This document shows, in pieces, positions 26,701 through 40,200 of a stretch of DNA of 64,000 nucleotides. The DNA comes from Podarcis cretensis (lineage: Eukaryota). The notes under the pieces were generated by a model that saw only the letters and a list, made by a program, of their open reading frames with translations, searched no databases and was not told where the DNA came from. The stretch spans positions 77,872,001 to 77,936,000 of the forward strand of contig OX638149.1 in the NCBI GenBank assembly GCA_951804945.1, in the 5' to 3' direction. A program made the translations under genes and the position numbers. The stretch's first letter is position 1, and every line of letters begins with the position of its first letter.

Positions 26701-29700
26701 AGGGGTTTGTTCAGTGGTCCCGGTGGTGGGTATTGTTGAGGAAGGCTTGGAAACAGGAGTGGACTGGAGTGTTGTGGCTGTCACAGTGGGGACCACTCCA
26801 GTGGAGACGGCAGCGGTGCTGACTGAGCCTGGTGTTGTGAGAGGGAGGGTTGAAAGCGGCGTTGAGTGGGTGGTGGTGGTTGGCTTTCTTGTTGTAACTC
26901 CTGGAGTTGTCGGAACAAGGGTGGTGCTTTCGGTGGTGGTGAATACAACAGGAGGTGGCGTAGAGCCCGTGGAGGATGCTGGAGCCGTGCTCTTGCCTGC
27001 CGTGCTGCCTGGTGTTTCTGTGGTTGTTGGCTTTCCTGTGGTTACTCCTGGTGTTGTGGAAACAAGGGTGGTGCTTTCGGTGGTGGTATGGACAACAGGA
27101 GGTGGCGTAGAGCCCGTGGAGGATGCTGGAGCCGTGCTCTTGCCCACCGTGCTACCTGGGGCTTCTGTGGTGGTGGCACTTGTTGTGACCAGTGGCGCTG
27201 GCGTGGTTTCACAGTGCTTGTAGTCGCAACACAGTGCTCTCATCTCATAGTCGTGACACATCTTGTACTTCCCCATCTGTTTGGCATTCTCACAAAGGAG
27301 TCCAGTGTTGATATCGCAGATCATGTTCTGTCCAAGTTCAGATGCGCTGAGCTCTGGGTAGTCCACTCCTCTGCACTCCACCTTTTGAGGGTGCTCGCAG
27401 ATGGTACCCCCCGATGCCTGGATGCTCTTAATGTCCTCGCGATCGCCATCCCCAGGGTCGGAGCTTGGAGTGTGAAAACTGAACCAAGAGGTCCACTGGC
27501 ATTTGGGTTGGCAACCGGTAGTGGTGCTTCCGGGCGTAGTGGTAACAAGGGGCGCCGGGGTGGTTGTTGTGGTCAGCAGGCCTGGAGGGGTTTGTTCAGT
27601 GGTCCCGGTGGTGGGTATTGTTGAGGAAGGCTTGGAAACAGGAGTGGACTGGAGTGTTGTGGCTGTCACAGTGGGGACCACTCCAGTGGAGACGGCAGCG
27701 GTGCTGACTGAGCCTGGTGTTGTGAGAGGGAGGGTTGAAAGCGGCGTTGAGTGGGTGGTGGTGGTTGGCTTTCTTGTTGTAACTCCTGGAGTTGTCGGAA
27801 CAAGGGTGGTGCTTTCGGTGGTGGTGAATACAACAGGAGGTGGCGTAGAGCCCGTGGAGGATGCTGGAGCCGTGCTCTTGCCTGCCGTGCTGCCTGGTGT
27901 TTCTGTGGTTGTTGGCTTTCCTGTGGTTACTCCTGGTGTTGTGGAAACAAGGGTGGTGCTTTCGGTGGTGGTATGGACAACAGGAGGTGGCGTAGAGCCC
28001 GTGGAGGATGCTGGAGCCGTGCTCTTGCCCACCGTGCTACCTGGGGCTTCTGTGGTGGTGGCACTTGTTGTGACCAGTGGCGCTGGCGTGGTTTCACAGT
28101 GCTTGTAGTCGCAACACAGTGCTCTCATCTCATAGTCGTGACACATCTTGTACTTCCCCATCTGTTTGGCATTCTCACAAAGGAGTCCAGTGTTGATATC
28201 GCAGATCATGTTCTGTCCAAGTTCAGATGCGCTGAGCTCTGGGTAGTCCACTCCTCTGCACTCCACCTTTTGAGGGTGCTCGCAGATGGTACCCCCCGAT
28301 GCCTGGATGCTCTTAATGTCCTCGCGATCGCCATCCCCAGGGTCGGAGCTTGGAGTGTGAAAACTGAACCAAGAGGTCCACTGGCATTTGGGTTGGCAAC
28401 CGGTAGTGGTGCTTCCGGGCGTAGTGGTAACAAGGGGCGCCGGGGTGGTTGTTGTGGTCAGCAGGCCTGGAGGGGTTTGTTCAGTGGTCCCGGTGGTGGG
28501 TATTGTTGAGGAAGGCTTGGAAACAGGAGTGGACTGGAGTGTTGTGGCTGTCACAGTGGGGACCACTCCAGTGGAGACGGCAGCGGTGCTGACTGAGCCT
28601 GGTGTTGTGAGAGGGAGGGTTGAAAGCGGCGTTGAGTGGGTGGTGGTGGTTGGCTTTCTTGTTGTAACTCCTGGAGTTGTCGGAACAAGGGTGGTGCTTT
28701 CGGTGGTGGTGAATACAACAGGAGGTGGCGTAGAGCCCGTGGAGGATGCTGGAGCCGTGCTCTTGCCTGCCGTGCTGCCTGGTGTTTCTGTGGTTGTTGG
28801 CTTTCCTGTGGTTACTCCTGGTGTTGTGGAAACAAGGGTGGTGCTTTCGGTGGTGGTATGGACAACAGGAGGTGGCGTAGAGCCCGTGGAGGATGCTGGA
28901 GCCGTGCTCTTGCCCACCGTGCTACCTGGGGCTTCTGTGGTGGTGGCACTTGTTGTGACCAGTGGCGCTGGCGTGGTTTCACAGTGCTTGTAGTCGCAAC
29001 ACAGTGCTCTCATCTCATAGTCGTGACACATCTTGTACTTCCCCATCTGTTTGGCATTCTCACAAAGGAGTCCAGTGTTGATATCGCAGATCATGTTCTG
29101 TCCAAGTTCAGATGCGCTGAGCTCTGGGTAGTCCACTCCTCTGCACTCCACCTTTTGAGGGTGCTCGCAGATGGTACCCCCCGATGCCTGGATGCTCTTA
29201 ATGTCCTCGCGATCGCCATCCCCAGGGTCGGAGCTTGGAGTGTGAAAACTGAACCAAGAGGTCCACTGGCATTTGGGTTGGCAACCGGTAGTGGTGCTTC
29301 CGGGCGTAGTGGTAACAAGGGGCGCCGGGGTGGTTGTTGTGGTCAGCAGGCCTGGAGGGGTTTGTTCAGTGGTCCCGGTGGTGGGTATTGTTGAGGAAGG
29401 CTTGGAAACAGGAGTGGACTGGAGTGTTGTGGCTGTCACAGTGGGGACCACTCCAGTGGAGACGGCAGCGGTGCTGACTGAGCCTGGTGTTGTGAGAGGG
29501 AGGGTTGAAAGCGGCGTTGAGTGGGTGGTGGTGGTTGGCTTTCTTGTTGTAACTCCTGGAGTTGTCGGAACAAGGGTGGTGCTTTCGGTGGTGGTGAATA
29601 CAACAGGAGGTGGCGTAGAGCCCGTGGAGGATGCTGGAGCCGTGCTCTTGCCTGCCGTGCTGCCTGGTGTTTCTGTGGTTGTTGGCTTTCCTGTGGTTAC

Positions 29701-32700
29701 TCCTGGTGTTGTGGAAACAAGGGTGGTGCTTTCGGTGGTGGTATGGACAACAGGAGGTGGCGTAGAGCCCGTGGAGGATGCTGGAGCCGTGCTCTTGCCC
29801 ACCGTGCTACCTGGGGCTTCTGTGGTGGTGGCACTTGTTGTGACCAGTGGCGCTGGCGTGGTTTCACAGTGCTTGTAGTCGCAACACAGTGCTCTCATCT
29901 CATAGTCGTGACACATCTTGTACTTCCCCATCTGTTTGGCATTCTCACAAAGGAGTCCAGTGTTGATATCGCAGATCATGTTCTGTCCAAGTTCAGATGC
30001 GCTGAGCTCTGGGTAGTCCACTCCTCTGCACTCCACCTTTTGAGGGTGCTCGCAGATGGTACCCCCCGATGCCTGGATGCTCTTAATGTCCTCGCGATCG
30101 CCATCCCCAGGGTCGGAGCTTGGAGTGTGAAAACTGAACCAAGAGGTCCACTGGCATTTGGGTTGGCAACCGGTAGTGGTGCTTCCGGGCGTAGTGGTAA
30201 CAAGGGGCGCCGGGGTGGTTGTTGTGGTCAGCAGGCCTGGAGGGGTTTGTTCAGTGGTCCCGGTGGTGGGTATTGTTGAGGAAGGCTTGGAAACAGGAGT
30301 GGACTGGAGTGTTGTGGCTGTCACAGTGGGGACCACTCCAGTGGAGACGGCAGCGGTGCTGACTGAGCCTGGTGTTGTGAGAGGGAGGGTTGAAAGCGGC
30401 GTTGAGTGGGTGGTGGTGGTTGGCTTTCTTGTTGTAACTCCTGGAGTTGTCGGAACAAGGGTGGTGCTTTCGGTGGTGGTGAATACAACAGGAGGTGGCG
30501 TAGAGCCCGTGGAGGATGCTGGAGCCGTGCTCTTGCCTGCCGTGCTGCCTGGTGTTTCTGTGGTTGTTGGCTTTCCTGTGGTTACTCCTGGTGTTGTGGA
30601 AACAAGGGTGGTGCTTTCGGTGGTGGTATGGACAACAGGAGGTGGCGTAGAGCCCGTGGAGGATGCTGGAGCCGTGCTCTTGCCCACCGTGCTACCTGGG
30701 GCTTCTGTGGTGGTGGCACTTGTTGTGACCAGTGGCGCTGGCGTGGTTTCACAGTGCTTGTAGTCGCAACACAGTGCTCTCATCTCATAGTCGTGACACA
30801 TCTTGTACTTCCCCATCTGTTTGGCATTCTCACAAAGGAGTCCAGTGTTGATATCGCAGATCATGTTCTGTCCAAGTTCAGATGCGCTGAGCTCTGGGTA
30901 GTCCACTCCTCTGCACTCCACCTTTTGAGGGTGTTCGCAGATGGTACCCCCCGATGCCTGGATGCTCTTAATGTCCTCGCGATCGCCATCCCCAGGGTCG
31001 GAGCTTGGAGTGTGAAAACTGAACCAAGGGGTCCACTGGCATTTGGGTTGGCAACCGGTAGTGGTTCTTCCGGTCGTAGTGGTAACAAGGGGTGTCAGGG
31101 TGGTTGTTATGCCACCTGTCACTTTAGATGTTGTTCTGGATCCTGCTGTTGTTATTTCTGGTGTTGCTGGAGTTGTTGATGCACCACATGGCGTGTATAG
31201 GCAGCATAGGAACCTGATTTCAAAATTCAGGCAGATTGGTGGTGTCTGATCCTTATTGTTGCATATCAAACCGTTAGACTTGGAACATTGTACCTTTTGT
31301 CCGAGGGTTTCTATGCTTTCATTAGGAAAGCGCTGAGCTCTGCATTCCACTTCATCTGGCATTTTACATACTTTGTTTCCTCTATCTCTTATTTTCTCTG
31401 GTGTTTCATAATCCCCATTGTCTCGTCCAAATTTAGGGTAGCTGACATCATACCATTCTGTCCATTCACATGTTCTATGGACACATACTGTTGTTTGTGC
31501 TGTAGTGGATTCTGTAAGAAACAACATCACTGGTTATTTTAATCCGGTTTATTTAGATCATAAATCTCCCTATCTGTTATCTGCCTCCTCTCTCCTTCTC
31601 CCATGTAACCTCTCTCCCATGTTTTTTCTGTAGATGAGGCAGGGATTGGGGGGCGGGGGGAACCGGAAGAGCACACTGGTGGAAGTGGATCATTCCATCT
31701 GGGGAGCTGCCATGCTTGAGCCGACTGAACCTTCAACTTAACTTTATGTTGATTTCCATCTTGTATATGTTTATTTTAAAATAATATATGCAACATGTAA
31801 CAAAAATATGAATATGGTGTATTTGGGGATGTTTTCCTATGTTATAGAAGATTTGTAAAGTTTTTCATTATCTCTTCATTTTCTTACATACTTTGTTTAT
31901 AAATGCTTGCTTTTGATCATGTCGCATTTACATTTAGTTTGGTTGAGATAATTGGTAAAAAATTATGTTATGGAGCTGGCTCAAATACCTAAGTAGCGCT
32001 AAGGAGATTGCTCCATTAGTACAAGCCCTGTTGCACTAGTGGGACTCATTTGTGCTGGCTCTATTAACAGAAGTATTTAGTTGAATTTGTCCCTTTGTGT
32101 GGTGTTGTATGGCACCTCTGATTTTAACAGCTGACCCAAGATGTGGTGCTATTTGTGCTACTACTGCAGTGGTAGGAGCTGCTTCTCTGCTCTTTGGTGT
32201 GGTGCAGTGCATGTCTACTCAGAAGTATTATTCACTGTGTTCAATGGAACTTCTCTCAGCGAAGTTTGGAAAGAGTTGAAGCAAAAGATTTTGACTGAAA
32301 TACCTGCTTCACTTGGTGTTGTAGTTGAAACTGTAGGTGGTATTGTGGTAGTCCCACCACATCTGAATAGTTCTCTGTGGATTGTTCCATTGACATCACA
32401 CGTTGCAATCATGCACCAGCCCAAGCCATCTGTGGTGTTGTAGATGACATCCTTGTAGATATATGTCTTTCCTTCATAATAGCAGTAGCATGCTGAAAAT
32501 TGACAGAGTAAGAATGGTCAGGTAACATCATATGAAATATGATATAAGGTGCCATTCATAACTCACTACATACAGCTTACCTTTGGCATCGTAGTTACAC
32601 TCTATGCCTTTACTGGTGCATGTACTGTAAAAAAATGATAGGAAAATGTGAGCCCCAGGAATCATAAAACTGCATTCTGCTGTTTATTTTCTAATTAGTT

Positions 32701-34161
32701 TGGTCTGGAAGTTAATTTCATAGTTTTTCCCCTGCCCCCTTAAGCATTCATTTACCGTACTACTTCTTGTCTGTGATTTCATCTACCACTTTCACACTGA
32801 ATTGCAAATAGGAACATTCTAATAATTTTCTTGTTCTGGTTTTTGGGATTTATTGTGTATGTAAAATCCAATTTAAAATATTACTTCAATCAATTAGATT
32901 CTCAGCATACTTCATTCTAATGGTATATTATGAGTATATGATAAAGGATGCAATCAGAGCAACAAGATTCATTCTAGAATCAACAAGAATAACATCTCAA
33001 GGGGTATACAGAGAGTACAGTAGTACCTCCGGTTGCGAACGGGATCCATTCTGGAGGTCCAGTCAGATCCCAAGGTTTCGCTACCTGATGAAAAGGTTTG
33101 TCGCTTTCACAACCTGAAGTTTACGTTGCCGAGAGTAATGTAACTGGAGGTGCTACTGTAACTGATCATTTCTCTTAGTGTTGTCAAGCTATACATACTT
33201 ACCATGCCTGACATGTCTTTCTTGAGTCAAATGTTTTTCCTAGTGGATGATAGTTACCCTGATCATCATAACAGCCACACACATCAACACATGTCATCTC
33301 ATCCTCATTGAAATAAGGCCTGTCTGCTGGACAGTGTGGGTAGCAGCCTGAGACAAAGGAAGGTGTGAGGGAGATAAGAGCAATATATAAAATCTGTCAA
33401 AAAGCAATTCCATTTAATTTACTTTTTTTTGGGGGGGGGAGGGTATTTTAATTAATATTTGTCATCTGGTCCAGTGCTGGGATCTTTCCACCAATAGCTT
33501 TTCCACATGCTTCCAAGTTTCCATGAAAGGAAAAAGGTTGTGGTCATTTGCAGGTGTGTTGAATGAGCCCTTGATCACATCTAGGCTGGCTCATAGAATT
33601 TAAGCCTGACTGCAAGCCATTTGAAACCCAAAAAGATGAGAACACAAGGTGACCTATTTTCTATTGGTTTAGACAACCAACAACACTCCCCCAAACTTGA
33701 AACCTATTAAATGTTGTGCATAGCTGGCTTAATGACCCTATAAGTCACTAGAAGTCTTCTTACCTTCCAAGCCAGGCAATTGATAATGGCATCTCCCGCT
33801 TGGGTTTCTGCATGTCTTCATGCATGGGGCTCCACAAGGCTTGTAGTGCCATTCACATTCACGTTCATCATTGTAATAATCACAGAACATTGCTAAGGGG
33901 AACGAAAGAAAAAGGTTGAGGACCAGACATTCCACCATGGATCTGTATTGCTGTCAATGCCATTAAAATAATGGTGGGCACCATGACAAAGTATGCTCAT
34001 GAGGCCAATACCTAAACTGATAAGAAGGTGGGAAGCAAAGGCATGAAGAAAGCACTGAAAATGAATGTAGTTATTTCTATTTACTGCAACATAGTTATAT
34101 CAATAATCCTACATTAGGCAGTTGCTGATTCATTGAAGGTACCACACTGTACCACACTGTA

Positions 34162-34200
<39 letters not shown>

Positions 34201-37200
34201 TCCAGACATTTTCTTCAGTGTGCTACTTATTGTCATATATTACTAATGGAAAAATTATCTTGAAGCTAATATCTCATTTCCCCTTCACCCTCCTCCCACT
34301 TCCAGTATACATTCAAGTGTGGTCCAATACTCACGACAGAATGATGGTGTTCTCCATGATATGCACACTCCAAATTCACTACATGCTTGAGCATACGCAG
34401 CTACAGCTGTACAGAAGCATTCACAATCTCCCCCCGTGTCACAAGCGCAGGAATCAGTTACACAAGCTTCGTAATATCTCGTTGGCTCAACCTGTTAAAA
34501 CATTGAAGCATCAGCTATGGGTCCTGCTGACATTTCCTAAGTTTGTTCCATGGGCGATAGTGTGTTTGAGAAGTTGTTGGTAATATCCCCAGCCCCTGGG
34601 TTTGCAATTGCTTTCATAGACTGTTGGCTAGTGTGCAAAAGATCCAAAGGGCCAAACTAAATGTGAGGTCTAAATGCATCTTTGCATTTAATGTGTAAAC
34701 AGTAATTATCAGCCCCTCCGCCACACCAGCTGATTCTATTTACATTAAATATTTGTATACAGTGCAACAAAAACCAAAACATAAGGAACGTAAGAAATTC
34801 AAAGTCAGCAAGAAGTTCACGTCTAAAATGTCTCTCCATGAAAAGTGTCCTTTCAGGGAGTGCTAGCTGCATTTTAAAAAATACCCCCAAAACCTTCAGG
34901 TGAAATGGGAAGGCACATTTAACATCCTTTCACACTTTGCCCAAAGTGGTGAAGATAGAGGCCCTGATCCAGAGTGTTCACACAGAAGTCTGTACACCAA
35001 CTGGTATGCTCATGCAACCAGCTGAAGAATATGAGGATTGCTCATTCAGGCAGCGTGGATCACCTCTTGGAGAGAGGAGGGGAGGGGAAGGGGTATCCAG
35101 ACTGACTCCCATACCCACTCTTTCCCTCCAAAAGACTGCACAGACCTGGAACTGCCCTCCCATTATCTTTTTGCACTGGCACAAATATAGGCCTCTAAGC
35201 AAAATTCCATTTATGCACACGTATGTTGCCTGCTATATTGGGGTGGTAAAAGTTCCATAGTTGAATATTCACATCGAGAACTGATTAGCAAAAGAAGGCA
35301 ATAAAATGGGTCATAACAGTCAATTAGGGACTTCCTTTTAAAACAGGAAGAAAAGATATCAGCATGAGCTAATTTTCTGAATGGTCTGTCTTGACTTAGC
35401 CTGAATTCTTCTTATTAGTATTTTTCCAAATGGCTTCTTCACAATCCAAACCATTAGAAACAGGATCTAGTGATAAACATTTACACTGAACACACTCCAA
35501 AATCTAGAATATGACAGTAGTGGGTCACATAGTAGAGGGTTGTTAAAGGCACTACTTAAGGGTGCTGCTAGACAGTCTTCAGAGTTGGTGACATCCTGTA
35601 GGGTGTTACGTGCCTTCCGTAATGGACTGTTGAAATCCATGAAACCACCACATGTATAATTACAGACTTGTAATTGCTCAGGAATGGTGGTGAAAACCTG
35701 AAAAATTCTAGACTTCAAGAAAGTTCTGCCCCAAGGTATACCTGAGAGTGGCAGGCAGCAAAGGCCTTGCTGTTGATGATGCTGCATTGCTTCTGTGCCC
35801 AGGATTTTCTGTAAGGGTTCTTGAAGCAAGGATCCTTTGTGCATTTGGCTTCAGGACATGTGGGAGACACCTTCCAACTATTACCAAACTCCAGTACATC
35901 ACTTACTACAGACTGACTCCGGGTAGTGAAGTCATTCATTCCATTGCCATCATAGTTCCCACATAAACCACAGACCTGACCCTGCACAAAGAAGCAATGA
36001 AAACTCTTGAGTTACAGATAAATTGCATGAACCTCTTAGCCCAACTTAATTTTTTATTTTCTTCCATTTGGTTAATTAATACGCTGCCATCTCTTATTAC
36101 AGGAAACTATCATTATTTGTTGCATTTAGAAAACACAAGCCATGTGTGCCTAGAGGTAAGAGATTTGTTTTTTCTTTCCTTCCTATGAAGATTATTTTGC
36201 ATTTATTCAAAAATACAAAAAAGGAGAATTTTATATTTTGTTCGATTTCTCAGTTATTGTTAATCTACAAGTTATTGTCTATTCATAACTTCTCCGTCTT
36301 ATTGCTATATGCTGATCAAAAGGGCAGCAGACATATATTGAAAATATACTGCATTGGTATAAAATTCATTGAAATGTTCAAACATTGCTCATATTTTGAA
36401 ATGATAACAGAACTCTTATATTTGGTCTCCTTATCAAAACATGGTGTTTTCTGGATCAGTTGAAAAGTAGATGCTTGCAAGGTGAGATTGCAAACAGATA
36501 CTCATCTAAATCAGAATCATATTCCTGTTTACTAATGATACTTTTTACAATATGGATGTCAAGCAGAGGCTGTTTGCAACTTCTTCCATGCGGCAGCAGC
36601 TCCCTGTGGAATAGCCCTGTTTATTTGATATGTCCCATGTCATCTTCAAATAATCCCGGTGGAGGCAGTTGCATGAAAGCCAATCATGCCGGGAACCAAT
36701 ATATACCAAAGAGACAAGGCATATGAAGTAGTTTCCCTTATGAACCATCCTTTTTGCAGAGGCTATTTCAGATAACCTCCCCATGGTTTCTGTCTTGAAA
36801 ATCAGCTCTTAAGGTGTGACTCTAAGCACACTTACAATTGAAGTAATTGTCATGGAAATGAGTGGGATTTGCATCTAAATTATGCACATTTAAACTTAAG
36901 ATGTAAGAGGCACTAGTCTTGTAAAAAGTGCATCACCTTGAAATCATCACGTAATTTGATAAATATGCTGGTTTTCTTATCCCATAAAAGGATCAGCCCA
37001 TTGTTTGCTTCAATAACCAAATACATGCCCATGTAGCGAATCTTGTAAGGTACTTGGCCTCCATCACCCCTTTGTATTAATTCATGGTGCTCCTCACTGA
37101 GGATCAGATCATAGTTCTGGGGGAGGAAAATAAATAATGGGGGAAAGTCATTACAATGTTCAAAAACAAAAACTGGTGTTCATCATCCATCAACCCTACG

Positions 37201-40200
37201 TATAATGTGTTGCAGAAAATTCAGGCAGGGAGACTGTTGGGCAGTGAGGTGGGTGGTAAGCCAGAACTCCTAATCTGTCCTGGTTGCCCAGTGCCAGGAT
37301 CACACACTCTAGATGCCATCCACCTCCAACTGCTCAGAAAGCCGAGAGAGAGAGAATTTCTACAGACCAGAGCAACTTCCCCTCCCTGACCCTCAAATCT
37401 GCCCTGATGCTGCACCAAGTATCGGGTGTGTGTGTGTGTGTGTGTGCAGCTGGGTGAGTCCAACTCCACCCTGCTCACCCACTTAGGTCTCAGTGATGCA
37501 GAACAGATTGGCCTCTGACCTGGCATTCAGCAATAGTGCCTGCAGAATCGAGGGCTGGCTGATATGACAACCACAATTACCCAGGTTGGAAAAGGGGCTG
37601 GCACATGGCACAGTCACTAACTGCCTGACATGTGCCCCTTACCCGGTCTGCCCCACCTCCCACATTATACCTCGCCCCTATCCTGAATCACTCTGATTAG
37701 GGCACTCCTCAATGTCCTCTCTTTTCAAATGCATCTCCCCTCACTCAGTAAAAACGAACAACAACAACAAACCACATAAATTAAAAACAGTTAAAACAAT
37801 TATAGCAGTGGCCTTATCTCTGCTGCTCTCAACTGCTGGTGCTGGCTTGCCTGAAGGTGAGAGGCTCAGTAGGTGCAAGACTAGCAGGAGGGAGGGGGTG
37901 GCTGTAGGTGGTGAGAGGACAGAAGTCTCTTCTCTTGCCCTCACTCTCTCTTTCCGGTTCACCTCCTTGCCTCACTTAGTTGCTTGTTTGGAACCTAGTA
38001 TGCAGATTAAATCATCTCATGCTAAACCCCGATACTGTTCCCTAATAGTACTGGTAACGCTACTCACTCCAAAGAAGACTTTAATAGATTTTGAGCAAGT
38101 GGTTCCAGTAGTACCGCAGGGAACATTTTCGGTGATGACTCGGAATGTTCCGGGGGCAGAGTTGTTCTGCCCACAGTGATCCTAAGAAGGGGAGGGTGAA
38201 ATAAGGGAAGAGATGACTTCATTCTGTGGTGTATTCAGCTTAATTCTCCATTCATAAGGCCAAGACAAATTGCTCAGTACCTGAACTAGTGTATATTCAC
38301 ATTTCCCATTGAAAATGTAACGCTTGTCGTCAAAGGTGATATAATGCCCATCTCCATAAACAGCACAGGTACCTAGGCATCTGTCCTTGGTGCATTCCCA
38401 CATCCTGTTCTTACATACGCTGAGGGAGAAGAAGGGAGAAAATAGAGCATTTTAAAGTGATTCCTTGGTTTGCACAGATATAAGCTGGCATGTATTCCTT
38501 TAACACAGGGTTAAATGACTTAGCTCTTAAATTAATCATAGGTAATGTGTGGAGAGGGGAGGGGAGAGCAAGGGAAGCTGCGTTATTTCTTACAACCTGT
38601 AAAACATCAGAAAGATGGGAATTAAAAGAAATGAGCTATGTAGGTTCTTTCATAGGCCACTCAAGAACGTTACAAGTTCACTGTACCATATTGTGGACTA
38701 GCCTAAGGGGAACATAAGAAGAGCCTGCTGGATCAGGCCAATGGCCCATCCTATCCAGCATCTGTTCTCACAATGGCCAACCAGGTGCCTTATAAAAGCC
38801 CAGACCTCCCTTATAATACTTTCCTGATTTGTTCAGAAATAAGCAAGATGTATGTGTGTGACTGTCTGTATAATGTATCATTGTGCTACTGAGGATATGA
38901 AGTTCCTCCTATCCAGCTGTATTTGATTACTTGGCTCATTCACCTCCACATCAGCCTGTCAATGCACAAAAGTTACCATCAGAAGCTTTCTTCTAGGTGT
39001 GCTCACAGACTTGGGGTATGGCAGGGGGTGACCAGGAAGGGAGCTTGTTCAGTGGTCACAGCCCATCTAAGGAACAGCCAGAGTGGTTTAGCTGTAGAAT
39101 CATAGAATCATAGAATCATAGAGTTGGAAGAGACCACAAGGGCCATCGAGTCCAACCCCCTGCCAAGCAGGAAACACCATCAGAGCACTCCTGACATATG
39201 GTTGTCAAGCCTCTGCTTAAAGACCTCCAAAGAAGGAGACTCCACCACACTCCTTGGCAGCAAATTCCACTGTCGAACAGCTCTTACTGTCAGGAAGTTC
39301 TTCCTAATGTTTAGGTGGAATCTTCTTTCTTGTAGTTTGGAACCATTGCTCCATGTCCGCTTCTCTGGAGCAGCAGAAAACAACCTTTCTCCCTCCTCTA
39401 TGTGACATCCTTTTATATGTGCCCATGCTACTATGTTTCTTTGGGAACAGATGAGGGCCACTTTATTGTCTATTGCCTTTTAACGAACTTTAAAGTCTGA
39501 ATTGACTGTTTTTAATTGTGCTTTTATCTGCTCTCTTTCATGATGTTGTTATTCTACAGTGCCTTAAAATGTTGATTGTTGTATGTGGATTTTACATAAG
39601 TCACCCTGGAAAATTTAATTTGACAAATAGAATATACATTTATTAATTAAAAAGTGTCATAGCCACACAATATTTTTAGGTATTTATTTCTTTAGTTATT
39701 TATAGTATACACAGGTGTACATTAGAGAGTAAACTCTGGTGTACATGCATAATAGTGTAATACTTGAAATGACTCTATGTATATCTGCCAACCTGTTATT
39801 CAACCTGATAATTATTTATATTTTCGTGTTAGTTACTTTAGGAACACATAAGATGATGGTAACAAGAGGAATATTTTTAAAGAAGTCCTTACCAGGTGTT
39901 ACAGTTGACTTTAATCTTCTCTCCTGGCTGAAATGTGGCATCATTGTGAATGCATGGACACTCTTCCATAGCGATGCAGCCCCCTTTACCATCTGATACC
40001 AGCCCAGCAGGGCACATGCAGCCAGAGACACACTGTGTGCTATACTGTAAAAGCCAAGAAATCATTACTTCAGAAGAGAGAATAATGCTGATAACAATTG
40101 AATTAGTCCACTAAAACAGGACTGGATCAAAAGACTGTAGGCTGTGGGAATTCAAGTGGGTGAAAGCCTATGCTTGTTAAATTGTGAACTGACACTTAAT

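Noticed and set aside
21341-31075. CRISPR-like or satellite interpretation of the periodic array
   Set aside because: The units are 885-bp in-frame coding duplicates with no unique spacers, in a eukaryotic exon.
20507-31249. Many repeated + strand ORFs (201, 252, 178 aa) and 75-aa alternative-frame ORFs
   Set aside because: These are antisense or shifted shadows of Thr/Ser/Pro codons in the mucin array, with no independent coding evidence.
31512-31530. Start of the 3694-aa ORF as a stand-alone gene
   Set aside because: MMLFLT is intronic polypyrimidine tract and there is no signal peptide; the ORF is an internal exon (20481-31511).
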